Below, in pieces: positions 31,633 to 41,660 of a DNA stretch of 64,000 bases (within the stretch, counting starts at the first letter, position 1; every line of letters begins with the position of its first letter). The stretch is from a virus. The notes beneath the pieces are model-generated. The model saw only the letters and a program-made list of their open reading frames with translations, was not told where the DNA came from and searched no databases. Location: IMG/VR virus record IMGVR_UViG_3300011116_000834, positions 44,403-108,402 of that record; one strand, written 5' to 3'. The position numbers were made by a program, and so were the translations under genes.

Positions 31633-32314
31633 GTTGCGCAGCGGTGAAGAGATTGCATGTCAGATCATCGAACAAAATGATGTGAATGTCAAGGTCATCA
31701 AACCAATGATATTTCGATATTCTGCGACAACCGATAGCAAAGGTAGAACGATTGATATCACCACTCTACATGATTGGCTGATCAATAGCGAGACTAAGAG
31801 CGTGGACATTCCAACCAATCACATTGCCTTCGTGAGTGAACCTAACAAGGATACCATGAAGTTATATGAGATGGAAAGCACCAAGGAATTTGAACCAGAT
31901 GCTTACAAGACAAGCATCACTGCAAATGATCCTTTGGATTCAATGGACGAATCTACATTGAATAATGAACTATTTGGAACATTTCTAAGCGATCTGCTTG
32001 GATCTACATCCAGCATGATGGAACCAAAGGAACCTCGTCGTCGCAAGAAACGCCGTAAACCAGTTCTTCCACCAGACATGGTCGATGAGAATGAACTCGA
32101 CCGTCACATGATCATGATGCAATTATATATTCCATCTGAAGCGATCATGAACATGATTACTTCGGGAATCATCAAACCAGAGACCTTGTTGGATATGATT
32201 GAGGAAGTCAAGAAGCGCAACAGATTCACTGGTGATGAGAAGAATCGCCAGGACTTCGGGAATAAGTTGAGTGATTGGAATCCAGATCCTAATTCGAATG
32301 ATTACAATAATTAA
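31613..32314 (+). CDS. conserved T4-like hypothetical protein (Sm-like N-terminus) between uvsW and gp55
   Basis: LKILKLRSGEEI start typical of this locus; GGAG RBS; charged C-terminal extension. Confidence 0.6.
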   Translation: MNLKILKLRSGEEIACQIIEQNDVNVKVIKPMIFRYSATTDSKGRTIDITTLHDWLINSETKSVDIPTNHIAFVSEPNKDTMKLYEMESTKEFEPDAYKTSITANDPLDSMDESTLNNELFGTFLSDLLGSTSSMMEPKEPRRRKKRRKPVLPPDMVDENELDRHMIMMQLYIPSEAIMNMITSGIIKPETLLDMIEEVKKRNRFTGDEKNRQDFGNKLSDWNPDPNSNDYNN

Positions 32315-32358
32315 TTCTCAATCAAGATTACTTCTTTTCTTCTGAATCCCACACAGCT

Positions 32359-32387
32359 AGTATAGCAACCCATCAAAGGCATGTCAA
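32359..32387 (-). promoter_or_regulatory. sigma70-type promoter on the minus strand
   Basis: Reverse complement reads TTGACA-17 nt-TATACT, with extended -10 TGc. Confidence 0.6.
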
Positions 32388-32426
32388 GTGAAACTTTTGA
32401 ATTTCTTGAAATTTCTTCTAATATAT

Positions 32427-32454
32427 TTGGAGAATCAAGTTATCATGCTATACT
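32427..32454 (+). promoter_or_regulatory. sigma70-like promoter for gp55
   Basis: TTGGAG-16 nt-TATACT with TGn extension, 15 nt upstream of the ATG. Confidence 0.5.
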
Positions 32455-32469
32455 TGCATCAAGTAGAGG

Positions 32470-33045
32470 ATGATCATGACTCAAGAAAATAAACCAGAAG
32501 AGAAAATAATAGAAGAAGAAGTCAAGAAATTAAAACATTATATCAATAATGTTGAATTCTGCAAGGCAATGGTGGAATGGAAGAAACTAGTGAAGGAAGC
32601 AGAGGAATGTGGTGATAATAGACCACCTGCAACGCATTACATTGCCGAATCTTTTCTAAAGATTGCAGAACATCTTTCACATAGACCAAACTTCATCAAC
32701 TATCCTTTTCGTGAAGACATGATAGGAGATGGTGTAGAGAACTGTCTTCTTTATGCGCATAACTTCGATCCAGATAAATCCTCGAATCCTTTCTCGTATT
32801 TTACTCAGATAATATATTATGCCTTTCTGCGTAGAATAGAGAAGGAAAAGAAACAAGCATTCATCAAGTATAAATGCATGCAGATGAAGGATATGGATGG
32901 TAAATTTATCGAATGGATGAAGAAAGATTCTGATACTGGAACCTATACGGAATTCCTACAGAAACATTTTTCATTGACAGAAACTGATGTCGAGAAACTT
33001 GAACCAAAATCAAAAAAGAAAAGAAAGAAAAGGAAAGATAAGTGA
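32470..33045 (+). CDS. gp55: late-transcription sigma factor gp55
   Basis: HYINN.EF, YI.E.FLKIA.HLS.RPNF.NY, DG.ENCL.Y..NFDP.KS.NPFSYFTQI...AFLRRI.KEKKQ. Confidence 0.96.
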   Translation: MIMTQENKPEEKIIEEEVKKLKHYINNVEFCKAMVEWKKLVKEAEECGDNRPPATHYIAESFLKIAEHLSHRPNFINYPFREDMIGDGVENCLLYAHNFDPDKSSNPFSYFTQIIYYAFLRRIEKEKKQAFIKYKCMQMKDMDGKFIEWMKKDSDTGTYTEFLQKHFSLTETDVEKLEPKSKKKRKKRKDK

Positions 33046-34100
33046 AAATAGCATTTTTATGCGATACTCATTTTGGAGTACGAAATGATTCTCCCTTTTT
33101 TCTCGAAAACGCAATATCATTCTTTGAAACAGTATTTTTTCCATATTTGAAATCCAATGGAATAACAGAAGTCATCCATCTTGGAGATTTCTTCGACAGG
33201 AGAAAGTTTGTAAATTTCAACACACTTTCTTCCGTTAGAAAACGCATTCTCAATAGATTTCATAATGAAGGAATAAATCTTCACATTACGATTGGAAATC
33301 ATGATACTTACTTCAAGAATACCAATGAATTGAATTCATTGCGAGAACTTCTTACTGATCGTTATTCCAACATAACGATATATGAAGATCCAACCACGAT
33401 CCATTTTGATGATTTTTGCTTTGGTATAGTTCCTTGGGTGACCAAGGAGAATGAAAGCAGAGTGGTTGAGTTTCTTAAGAACTGCAAATGCAGAATGATC
33501 GGTGGTCATTTTGAAATCATTGGATTTGAAGTGATTGCAGGAGTCAAGCAACATGAAGGATTTACCTCAGCGTTATTCTCACGCTTCGATAGGGTCCTTT
33601 CTGGACATTTTCACATAAAACAATCTCAAGGCAACATTCATTATCTCGGTACTCAGTATCAAATGAATTTTTCCGATATCTCTTCCAAGAAGGGATTTCA
33701 TGTGTATGATACCAACATGGATATCTTTGAATTTATTGAAAATGAAAACAATATATTTCATGTATTTACATACGATGATTCGAATCAAGATGAGATTCGA
33801 AAGATTGCCATGTTCATCAGCGAGCGCAATCTCAAGAATGCATTTGTTCGACTCACTGTTCGCAATAAGACAAAGCAGAATATATTCGATAAATTTATCG
33901 ATGCTTTGTGGGAAAAAGGCATTCAGGATCTATCTGTAAATGAGGATCCCTTGGATAAGACCACAACTGTGGAATTCAATGAATCCGAGGATACGATCAG
34001 CATCATTGGTCGAGAAATCGACGCAATTGAACGCGATATCGATAAGGTCAAGTTGAAGACATTGATCAGCGATCTCTATATGGAAAGTCTCAGCATATGA
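33042..34100 (+). CDS. gp47: recombination endonuclease gp47 (Mre11-like)
   Basis: DTHFG, HLGDFFDRR, GNHD, GHFE, SGHFH. Confidence 0.95.
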   Translation: MKIAFLCDTHFGVRNDSPFFLENAISFFETVFFPYLKSNGITEVIHLGDFFDRRKFVNFNTLSSVRKRILNRFHNEGINLHITIGNHDTYFKNTNELNSLRELLTDRYSNITIYEDPTTIHFDDFCFGIVPWVTKENESRVVEFLKNCKCRMIGGHFEIIGFEVIAGVKQHEGFTSALFSRFDRVLSGHFHIKQSQGNIHYLGTQYQMNFSDISSKKGFHVYDTNMDIFEFIENENNIFHVFTYDDSNQDEIRKIAMFISERNLKNAFVRLTVRNKTKQNIFDKFIDALWEKGIQDLSVNEDPLDKTTTVEFNESEDTISIIGREIDAIERDIDKVKLKTLISDLYMESLSI

Positions 34101-35818
34101 TTAAATTTGAAAAAGTAAGATTCAAGAATTTTGGATCATTCGGCAATACCATGTCCGAGATTATTCTTGATAAGAATAGCACTACTCTTATCTGTGGAAA
34201 CAATGGAAGTGGAAAATCATTTGCATTTCTTGATTCTATCACATTTGCATTGTTTGGAAAACCATTTCGCAAGATCAATATTCCACAACTTGCAAATTCT
34301 ATCAATCAAAAAGGATGCATTGTCGAGATAGAATTCAGTCGTGGATCTGATAAATTTCTTGTTCGGCGTGGAATGTCTCCACGCCTCTTTGAAATTCACA
34401 AAAATGGAACTTTAATCGATCAGGAAGCAAGCAGTACGGATTATCAGGACATTCTTGAGCAGCAGATTCTCAAGATGAACTATAAGACATTCACTCAGGT
34501 AGTTATTCTGGGAAGTTCATCCTTTGTTCCATTCATGCAATTAAGTTCTGCTGATAGACGAGCAGTGATTGAGAACATCCTGGATATTGATATCTTTAGT
34601 ACCATGAATGTCGTGCTGAAGGGGAAGATTCTTGCCATCAAAGAATCAATAAAGGATTTGAATTCCAAGATTGAACTGGAGAAAAATAAGATTTCCATTC
34701 AGAAAAATTATATCTTCACTCTTGAAAAGAAAAATATCGAAGACAGCGACGACAAGGAAATTCGAATCGCTGAAATTGATAAACGAATTGCAGAATTATG
34801 GGATTCAATCATTGCGGAAACAAGTACTGAAGAAACGGATATTTCCACAGCAGAAACTGCAATACATGATATATTGGAAAGCATCAAGGAACAACATGCG
34901 CAACTTGCAGTATTCGATTCGAATAAAAAAAGAATAGAAGGTGAAGCAAAGTTCTTCAAAACAAACGAGATATGTCCAGTTTGTTCTCAGAAGATAAGCG
35001 ATAAACTGAAAAAAGACAAGATCCTATCTTCAATGATAGGGATATCCGATGCACAAAATCAATTAAGTGAAACAAAGAATATCATTTCCACTCTGGAAGG
35101 TGATGTTCTTGCAAAGAAGCTTTCTCTTAAGAAAATCAGAGAAACTAATTCTGAACTCAAGGCAAAAAGAACAGAGATCAATAATCTTGAAAGTGAGAAG
35201 TCAAGAATTCAAGATACATTGGACAAATCATCCATTCTTAATGAACTTAATAAAGAACGCGAAAAACTAATCAAATTGGAAGCGTCACTTCAGATTCTTA
35301 TGGATGAAAAACTATCCCAGTCAAATGACATGATGTATCATGAATTGGCAAATGAATTGCTTAAGGATGGTGGAGTAAAGGGAAAAATTATAAAATATTA
35401 TCTTCCCCATATGAACAGTCACATCAATCGATTTCTATCTGCAATGGATTTTTTCGTTCAATTCAACATGGATGAGGAATTCAACGAACAGATCAAGTCT
35501 CGTCATCGTGATGAATTTTCATACATGAACTTCAGCGAAGGAGAGAAGATGAGGATCGATCTCGCATTGCTATTGGCATGGCGAGAGATCGCACGAATGA
35601 AAAATAGTGTTAATTGTAATCTATTGATCCTTGACGAAGTATTTGATTCATCCTTGGATTCCGTTGGAATGGATGAGTTGATGAAATTGCTGAAGATCGT
35701 CAGCGATAAAGCAAATGTATATGTTATTTCCCATAAGGCAGATCAACTTGTTGACAAGTTTTCAAACATAATTACATTTGAAAAGAAGAATAATTTTAGC
35801 AAGATCATATATAACTAA
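34097..35818 (+). CDS. gp46: recombination ATPase gp46 (Rad50-like)
   Basis: GNNGSGKS, CPVC hook, FSEGEKMRIDL, LILDEVFDSSLD, ISHK. Confidence 0.96.
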   Translation: MIKFEKVRFKNFGSFGNTMSEIILDKNSTTLICGNNGSGKSFAFLDSITFALFGKPFRKINIPQLANSINQKGCIVEIEFSRGSDKFLVRRGMSPRLFEIHKNGTLIDQEASSTDYQDILEQQILKMNYKTFTQVVILGSSSFVPFMQLSSADRRAVIENILDIDIFSTMNVVLKGKILAIKESIKDLNSKIELEKNKISIQKNYIFTLEKKNIEDSDDKEIRIAEIDKRIAELWDSIIAETSTEETDISTAETAIHDILESIKEQHAQLAVFDSNKKRIEGEAKFFKTNEICPVCSQKISDKLKKDKILSSMIGISDAQNQLSETKNIISTLEGDVLAKKLSLKKIRETNSELKAKRTEINNLESEKSRIQDTLDKSSILNELNKEREKLIKLEASLQILMDEKLSQSNDMMYHELANELLKDGGVKGKIIKYYLPHMNSHINRFLSAMDFFVQFNMDEEFNEQIKSRHRDEFSYMNFSEGEKMRIDLALLLAWREIARMKNSVNCNLLILDEVFDSSLDSVGMDELMKLLKIVSDKANVYVISHKADQLVDKFSNIITFEKKNNFSKIIYN

Positions 35819-35819
35819 A

Positions 35820-36140
35820 ATGAATGTAACTGATCGAATCAATTTTCGAGGTAGATTTCGACAATATGATGTCGATGGCAATCCTTATCTCTATAAGATA
35901 GGCGATTCTGTCGAGTATAATGGGAAAAAATATGTCGCAGTTATTCCCACTACATTGAAAATTCCTGGAACCCAGGAGGGTAATCCCTATTGGAAGTCAA
36001 TAGGGGGCGACAATGTCTTCTATATGTCAGAGAATGCACCGATAACTGTAAATGTTGGAGATAGATGGTATGTTCCATCTACTTCAATATTATATACTTA
36101 TATTCAAGAGGAAACTAATAGATTTTGGGTTGAATTGTAA
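35820..36140 (+). CDS. small protein with fibre-like / carbohydrate-binding-type aromatic motifs
   Basis: ATG at 35820. YKIGDSVEYNGKKYVA...P...YW, then AP....GDRW...LYTY...WVE. Confidence 0.55.
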   Translation: MNVTDRINFRGRFRQYDVDGNPYLYKIGDSVEYNGKKYVAVIPTTLKIPGTQEGNPYWKSIGGDNVFYMSENAPITVNVGDRWYVPSTSILYTYIQEETNRFWVEL

Positions 36141-36157
36141 TTCAACCGTGCTATAGT
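36130..36157 (+). promoter_or_regulatory. sigma70-like promoter for the gp45 operon
   Basis: TTGAAT-16 nt-TATAGT with TGn extension. Confidence 0.5.
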
Positions 36158-36167
36158 AGAGCGTGCC

Positions 36168-36338
36168 ATGAAAAACGAAGATAATTACAAAGATAAGAAA
36201 CCACCGCAACCTAAGCCTCTCAAGTCTATTTCAAAGAAAGAACTAAACTCAGAGAGAAACCGTTCAAAGAATCAACTTAAAAATTATTGGGAAAGTGGTT
36301 TTGAAGACGACGATTTTGAAGATAACTACAGAAAGTAA
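36168..36338 (+). CDS. small 56-aa basic/acidic hypothetical protein (not in the ORF track)
   Basis: ATG...TAA reading MKNEDNYKDKKPPQPKPLKSISKKELNSERNRSKNQLKNYWESGFEDDDFEDNYRK; fills the gap before gp45. Confidence 0.6.
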   Translation: MKNEDNYKDKKPPQPKPLKSISKKELNSERNRSKNQLKNYWESGFEDDDFEDNYRK

Positions 36339-36343
36339 ATACA

Positions 36344-37027
36344 ATGAGTTCCGTGACTTTTTCAAAAAATACACTAACAATCCTAAAGAATTTCTCGACC
36401 TTGAATTCCAATCTCCTGGTTAAGCCAGGTAAGGTGATCAAGACAATCACGCCTTCCAAGAATGGCATGGCAGTTGCAACTGTTGACGAAGATTTTGATG
36501 TTGAATTTGGAATCTGGGATCTAAACAAATTTCTTGGAGTGATCAGTCTTTTCAATTCTCCATCTTTCTCGTTTGGAGAGAAGAGTGTAAAGATCCAAAA
36601 TGGTGGAGATTCGATTGTGAATTTCTTCTATTCGGAACCAAGACTTCTATCTGTACCCACAAAGGATGTCGTCATGCCAACGGTAACAACGACTATTCTT
36701 CTTACAGAAAAGAATTTCTCTGAACTGCAAAAAGCAGCATCGGTAATGCAACTTCCAGATCTTTCCTTCATTTCCGAAGGCAGCAAGATTGTTGCAATGG
36801 TTTCAGATCTTGCAGATCCAACATCGAATAGTTACAAGGTAATTGTCAAGGAAAACTATAGCGGTCCTGAGTTTCTCTTCCATTTCAAGATGGAAAACAT
36901 CAAGATTGTTCCAGGCGATTACACCGTAAACTTTGCAAAGAACATTGTAGGCGAATTTGTTCATAAGAGCATTTCGCTGAAGTACTGGTTTGCCATGGAA
37001 GCGAACACCTCCAATTATGGATCTTAA
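36344..37027 (+). CDS. gp45: sliding clamp gp45
   Basis: TLTILKNFSTLN, FGIWDLNKFL, F.F.MEN.K..PGDY.V, YWFAME. Confidence 0.93.
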   Translation: MSSVTFSKNTLTILKNFSTLNSNLLVKPGKVIKTITPSKNGMAVATVDEDFDVEFGIWDLNKFLGVISLFNSPSFSFGEKSVKIQNGGDSIVNFFYSEPRLLSVPTKDVVMPTVTTTILLTEKNFSELQKAASVMQLPDLSFISEGSKIVAMVSDLADPTSNSYKVIVKENYSGPEFLFHFKMENIKIVPGDYTVNFAKNIVGEFVHKSISLKYWFAMEANTSNYGS

Positions 37028-37029
37028 TT

Positions 37030-37974
37030 ATGAATCCTGATACTTTTTTGTGGGTGGAGAAATACCGCCCTAAGACCATTGAGGAATGTGTTCTCCCCGT
37101 ATCCCTGAAGGCAACCTTCGGGGATATGGTTCGTAAGGGGGAACCACAGAATCTTCTTCTTTCGGGAACTGCTGGAGTTGGAAAGACTACAGTTGCCAAG
37201 GCACTTTGCAATGAAATGGGATCCGATTGGATCATCATCAATTGCTCTGAAGAAGGCAACATTGATACACTCCGAACCAAGATTCGGCAGTTTGCCAGCA
37301 CTATCTCCTTGAGTGGAGATACCAAGAAAGTGGTGATTTTGGATGAGTTTGATTATTCAAATGCTAACAGCATTCAACCCGCTCTTCGCGGTGCTATTGA
37401 AGAGTTTGCAAACAATTGTCGGTTTATCCTTACTTGTAACTATAAATCAAGAATTATTGAACCTATTCATTCTCGCTGCACTTGTATTGATTTCGTACTT
37501 CCTCCAGGAGAGAAACCTGCAATTGCCGCAAGAATGATGGAACGATGCATTCATGTCTTGACGCAAGAAGGGATCAAATTTGACAAGAAGGTGCTTGGTC
37601 AGTTGATCATGAAGCACTTTCCCGACATGCGGAGAATTCTCAATGAACTTCAGAGGTATTCAGTATCTGGAACCATCGATGTAGGGATTTTATCCTCCAT
37701 TGCGGAATCAGAGATCAAGAATCTGATGATTGCATTGCGCAATAAGGACTTTGGGGCGGTTCGTCGCTGGGCGGCACTCAATGCCGAGTCCTCCCCTCAG
37801 GAGGTCTATAGGAAGATCTACGATGCCTTATCAGACCATCTGGAGAACCAAAGCATTCCAGAGGCGATCCTGATCATTGGAGAAGCGCAGTATCGCAGTG
37901 CGTTCGCAGCAGACCAGGAAATCAATATGGTGGCATTTTTGGTTCAATTGATGATGTCTTGTGCTTTTAAATAA
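37030..37974 (+). CDS. gp44: clamp loader large subunit gp44
   Basis: LWVEKYRP, GTAGVGKTT, ILDEFD, SRC, FPDMRR. Confidence 0.96.
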   Translation: MNPDTFLWVEKYRPKTIEECVLPVSLKATFGDMVRKGEPQNLLLSGTAGVGKTTVAKALCNEMGSDWIIINCSEEGNIDTLRTKIRQFASTISLSGDTKKVVILDEFDYSNANSIQPALRGAIEEFANNCRFILTCNYKSRIIEPIHSRCTCIDFVLPPGEKPAIAARMMERCIHVLTQEGIKFDKKVLGQLIMKHFPDMRRILNELQRYSVSGTIDVGILSSIAESEIKNLMIALRNKDFGAVRRWAALNAESSPQEVYRKIYDALSDHLENQSIPEAILIIGEAQYRSAFAADQEINMVAFLVQLMMSCAFK

Positions 37975-37975
37975 T

Positions 37976-38347
37976 ATGCTTTCAGATATTCTTAATTCCA
38001 TCAATCAATCCAAGGAAAATATCCTATCCAAAGATTCGCGTTTGGAGAAAGATTATGTTCCTTTTGTGATTAATAAGTGTTTTTCTTATTTTCCAGATAC
38101 TGTTTTTTATGCCAATAAAATGAATCAAATGGCATTTTTGGATAAAAAAATGCAATATGATTACCTATTGCATTCAATTTCCAAGAGAAAACGGTTTTCT
38201 AAATGGATAAAACCCGAAGAAAACGAAAATTTGGCAATAATTAAGGAAGTATTTGGATATTCGGATCAAAAAGCAAGGGAAGTCATGGATCTTTTACCCA
38301 TGAAGGAACTTCAAAAATTAGTACAAAAAGGTGGTCAAAAAAGGTAA
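37976..38347 (+). CDS. gp62: clamp loader small subunit gp62
   Basis: YVPFVINKCFS, AN.MN, QYDY..., KRKRFSKW, GYS..KA. Confidence 0.92.
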   Translation: MLSDILNSINQSKENILSKDSRLEKDYVPFVINKCFSYFPDTVFYANKMNQMAFLDKKMQYDYLLHSISKRKRFSKWIKPEENENLAIIKEVFGYSDQKAREVMDLLPMKELQKLVQKGGQKR

Positions 38348-38383
38348 AACCATAAATATTTTCTGTTAATAATGGAGTTTATT

Positions 38384-38782
38384 ATGACAGAAGATATTTT
38401 TGAGGGATTGGGTGTTGAAGTTAGACTTAAGGGGGAAGAAGATTTTCTTAAAGTTAAAGAAACTCTCACCCGAATTGGAGTATCCTCCAAGTCTGAAAAA
38501 AAACTATATCAATCCTGCCACATACTGCACAAAAGAGGTAGATATGCTATCATGCATTTTAAGGAAATGTTTGTTCTTGATGGTCTGGATTCAGACATGT
38601 CTACGGACGACCTTGGAAGACGAAACACAATCGTCAAACTCCTAGTGGAGTGGGGTTTGGTAGAAGCGGTAGATTCCGTCAAGTATGCTGAACCACAACT
38701 TTCGCTTGCAAGACTAAAGATCATTCCTCACAAGGAAAAGAAGGAATGGACTTTGATTCCAAAGTATCACATCGGTAAGTAG
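38384..38782 (+). CDS. regA: translational repressor RegA
   Basis: DFLKVKETLTRIG, LYQSCHILHKRG.Y.I.HFKE.F, RRNTI, W.L.PKY.IG. Confidence 0.96.
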   Translation: MTEDIFEGLGVEVRLKGEEDFLKVKETLTRIGVSSKSEKKLYQSCHILHKRGRYAIMHFKEMFVLDGLDSDMSTDDLGRRNTIVKLLVEWGLVEAVDSVKYAEPQLSLARLKIIPHKEKKEWTLIPKYHIGK

Positions 38783-38809
38783 AATACATACTGGTGGAGA
38801 TTCTTTATA

Positions 38810-39652
38810 ATGAAGCAAATGCAACTCATTGGCGGTGGTTTTGTTCCTCAATATTCATCATGTTCCGATCTCAAACCAAAGCAATTTGAATGGACATCTG
38901 AAGATCATCCTGTAAAGGTATTTGTCGATTCTGCAATAGTCCCAGGTATGGGATATCAGAAGAAACCAGGAGAGCGTAAAATAGCATGGGTATGCGAATC
39001 CCGTGCTATTTTTCATTCATGGTGCATTCCTCCTGATGTTTGGGAGGCAAATATTATAAAAATTGCAGAAGCATATGACTTATTATTTGTATCAGATAAA
39101 ATATGGGTCGGTAAAGCACCAAATATTCGATATTGTCCAGCAGGAAGCAATCTTCCTTGGATAAAGAATCAACAGGTTCATTCCAAGACCAAACTTGTAT
39201 CGATGGTTGCTTCTGGAAAGAAGATAACATTTGGTCATCATATTCGTCATGAAATTGCAGAAAAATTCAAAGATAAGGTTGATATCTTTGGCGGTGCTGC
39301 CAACTCAAATAGAATTGGCGGAAATTCAGCACCATGGACAGATAAAGAAGATCTAATACTTCCATATATGTTCTCAATCGTCATTGAGAATGACAAATAT
39401 AACACATACTATACAGAGAAGGTAACCGATTGCTTTGCAACGGGAACTATACCGATCTATTGGGGAACATCTGAGATTAATGAAATCTTCAATTCTGATG
39501 GAATAATACAATTAACTCCAGATTTTGATCCAAGTCTCTTGACAAAAGAACTTTATGAAAGTAAATTGAATGCAGTAAATGATAACTTTACTAGGGTAAA
39601 GAATCTTGTATCTGCTGATGATCAATTATATACCTTAATCCATGAAAACTGA
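38810..39652 (+). CDS. GT10-family (alpha-1,3/4-fucosyltransferase-like) glycosyltransferase
   Basis: YMFSIVIEND...YYTEKVTDCFATGTIPIYWG, the GT10 fucosyl motif. Confidence 0.85.
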   Translation: MKQMQLIGGGFVPQYSSCSDLKPKQFEWTSEDHPVKVFVDSAIVPGMGYQKKPGERKIAWVCESRAIFHSWCIPPDVWEANIIKIAEAYDLLFVSDKIWVGKAPNIRYCPAGSNLPWIKNQQVHSKTKLVSMVASGKKITFGHHIRHEIAEKFKDKVDIFGGAANSNRIGGNSAPWTDKEDLILPYMFSIVIENDKYNTYYTEKVTDCFATGTIPIYWGTSEINEIFNSDGIIQLTPDFDPSLLTKELYESKLNAVNDNFTRVKNLVSADDQLYTLIHEN

Positions 39653-40304
39653 AATTGTATCATTCTATTGCGATATCGATAATCGCACATATTATAGCGA
39701 TCACGCAAGAAGATTGCGTATTAATTGCAATGAAAATAATATTCCACACGATATTCGCGAATTATCATCCCGTGGAGAATATCGTTTGAATTGCCTAGCG
39801 AAACCAAATTTTATTCTTTCTATTTTGGAAGAAAAGAAGAAACCATTTGTATGGTTGGATGTCGATTCCATCATTCATAATGAACTTTCCATTTTTGATG
39901 ATCTAGATGAAAAATGTGATATAGCATTTGCATATCAAGGATTTCCTCCAAACACAAATGTAAATTTGCCAAAGGCATCTCCGATATATTTGTCATACAA
40001 ACCAATAGTATTGGAATTTATAAAATACTGGGTTGAAAGGTGCAAGGCAAATGAAAGCAATCCATCAGTAAAAGTATTTGATCATGAAATTCTACTTGGT
40101 GAAGTTTTTCCAACTTTCCTTCCAAAAATGAAAGTAGGTATGCTAGGAATGCCATATGCAATATGGCCTGGCACGCAAATACCAGAAAATTGCAGACCAA
40201 TGATCACCATGGGAATTGCAGATGGGGTTTCTAAAGAAAAATCCTTAAAGGAAATGGGAATGAATGATGATATGATTCGTTTTAACTTGGTGGGAAATCA
40301 ATGA
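39642..40304 (+). CDS. GT-A nucleotide-diphospho-sugar transferase-like protein
   Basis: KP.FIL..L....P.VWLDVD (DxD), later W...C...DH. Confidence 0.65.
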   Translation: MKTEIVSFYCDIDNRTYYSDHARRLRINCNENNIPHDIRELSSRGEYRLNCLAKPNFILSILEEKKKPFVWLDVDSIIHNELSIFDDLDEKCDIAFAYQGFPPNTNVNLPKASPIYLSYKPIVLEFIKYWVERCKANESNPSVKVFDHEILLGEVFPTFLPKMKVGMLGMPYAIWPGTQIPENCRPMITMGIADGVSKEKSLKEMGMNDDMIRFNLVGNQ

Positions 40305-40894
40305 AATTCATTAATTATTATTATGATAAGGATCCAAGCAAATCCTCATTTTATGAGGATTGTTATTTGAATCTAAAAAAGCAATTGAATTCATTCGGAC
40401 ACGAACTAATTGCAGATAACATTGACTTTGAAAGAATGGGATTGTCCGCTTATGATAAATTGAATTTATATAAACCAACATTTATATTGGAAAAACTTGA
40501 TCAATTGCAAGAATCTGTTGCATGGATAGATGCAGATACAAATGTATATGGTGCTATAACAGAATTTCAAAATCTTGATTGTGATATTGCCTTTGCAACA
40601 CGCGAACATGATGGAAAAACACCACATGCTGCATTGATCTATTTTGGAAATACCAAAAAATCAAGAGAATTTTTAACGAGATGGAAAGAATTATGCGATG
40701 ACAAGAGATTGGATCTTGACTGGAAATGTACAGAACATTGTATTCTTGTCGATCTATTCAATGAATTAACCGATTCATTTAAAATTATAAATTTTTATAA
40801 TCTTGCAAGTATATCAAGAAATACCAAAGTAAAAATAGGTATCAGTCCTGCTGGATGGGAGTACGAAAGAAATAAAAATGCTACTAGAAGTTAA
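40301..40894 (+). CDS. GT-A nucleotide-diphospho-sugar transferase-like protein (paralog)
   Basis: KPTFILEKL...AWIDAD, CDIAFA, FL..W...C; similar to the upstream ORF. Confidence 0.65.
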   Translation: MKFINYYYDKDPSKSSFYEDCYLNLKKQLNSFGHELIADNIDFERMGLSAYDKLNLYKPTFILEKLDQLQESVAWIDADTNVYGAITEFQNLDCDIAFATREHDGKTPHAALIYFGNTKKSREFLTRWKELCDDKRLDLDWKCTEHCILVDLFNELTDSFKIINFYNLASISRNTKVKIGISPAGWEYERNKNATRS

Positions 40895-40994
40895 TAACTT
40901 ACTTGATGAGTATGATGTTTTTATAACATCATCTATTAAATAAGAACCAGTTGTTATAAAAATGAAATCAAATTAAATAAAAAATGAGGGTAAT

Positions 40995-41660
40995 ATGAGA
41001 TATAAAGTATCAAATACTTGTCAAGTTAAAGATTTATCACTTATTTACGAAAAATATTTTAATAATGATATCGATAAAACATTCATAGAGGTTGGTGCAT
41101 TGGATGGAGAAAGTTTTAGCAATACATCATGCTTGGCGGATATTGGATGGAATGGATATTATATTGAACCATATCCACCAGCTGTACATGCTTGTTCGCA
41201 AAGACATTCTAAAAATAATGTTAAAGTGTTCAATTTAGGAATTTCAGCAACCGAAGGTGTTGTTGAATTTTTTTTTGGTGGAGCATTAACAACTAGCAAT
41301 CCAGAAATGTTAGATGCTTATAAGCAAATAAATTGGTCTTCTGGATCTTTTGCAAATGGACAAACATTTAAATGTGAATGTGTAACATTAGATTCATTTA
41401 TATCTCAACAAAATATAGAAAAATTTGATTTACTTGTCGTAGATGTTGAAGGAAATGAATATGATGTGTTCAGTTCTTACTCCTTTGCGGTTAAGCCAAA
41501 GATGATTATTGCAGAATTAGAATACAATCATCCAGATTTTAAAGATAGAGATCATATTAGAAATAAAATGCTAGAAACTAGAACTAAAATTCTCAATAAT
41601 GGATATATTGAAATTTATGTTGATGATATCAATTCTATTTTTGTAATGGAGAATGATTGA
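40995..41660 (+). CDS. FkbM-family O-methyltransferase
   Basis: FIEVGALDG...SNT...GW.G..IEP...TLD...DLLVVDVEG.E. Confidence 0.88.
   Translation: MRYKVSNTCQVKDLSLIYEKYFNNDIDKTFIEVGALDGESFSNTSCLADIGWNGYYIEPYPPAVHACSQRHSKNNVKVFNLGISATEGVVEFFFGGALTTSNPEMLDAYKQINWSSGSFANGQTFKCECVTLDSFISQQNIEKFDLLVVDVEGNEYDVFSSYSFAVKPKMIIAELEYNHPDFKDRDHIRNKMLETRTKILNNGYIEIYVDDINSIFVMEND

Noticed and set aside
19463-35818. Inteins or homing endonucleases in gp17, gp20, uvsW or gp46
   Set aside because: Lengths and motif spacing are normal; no HNH, GIY-YIG or LAGLIDADG motif was seen.
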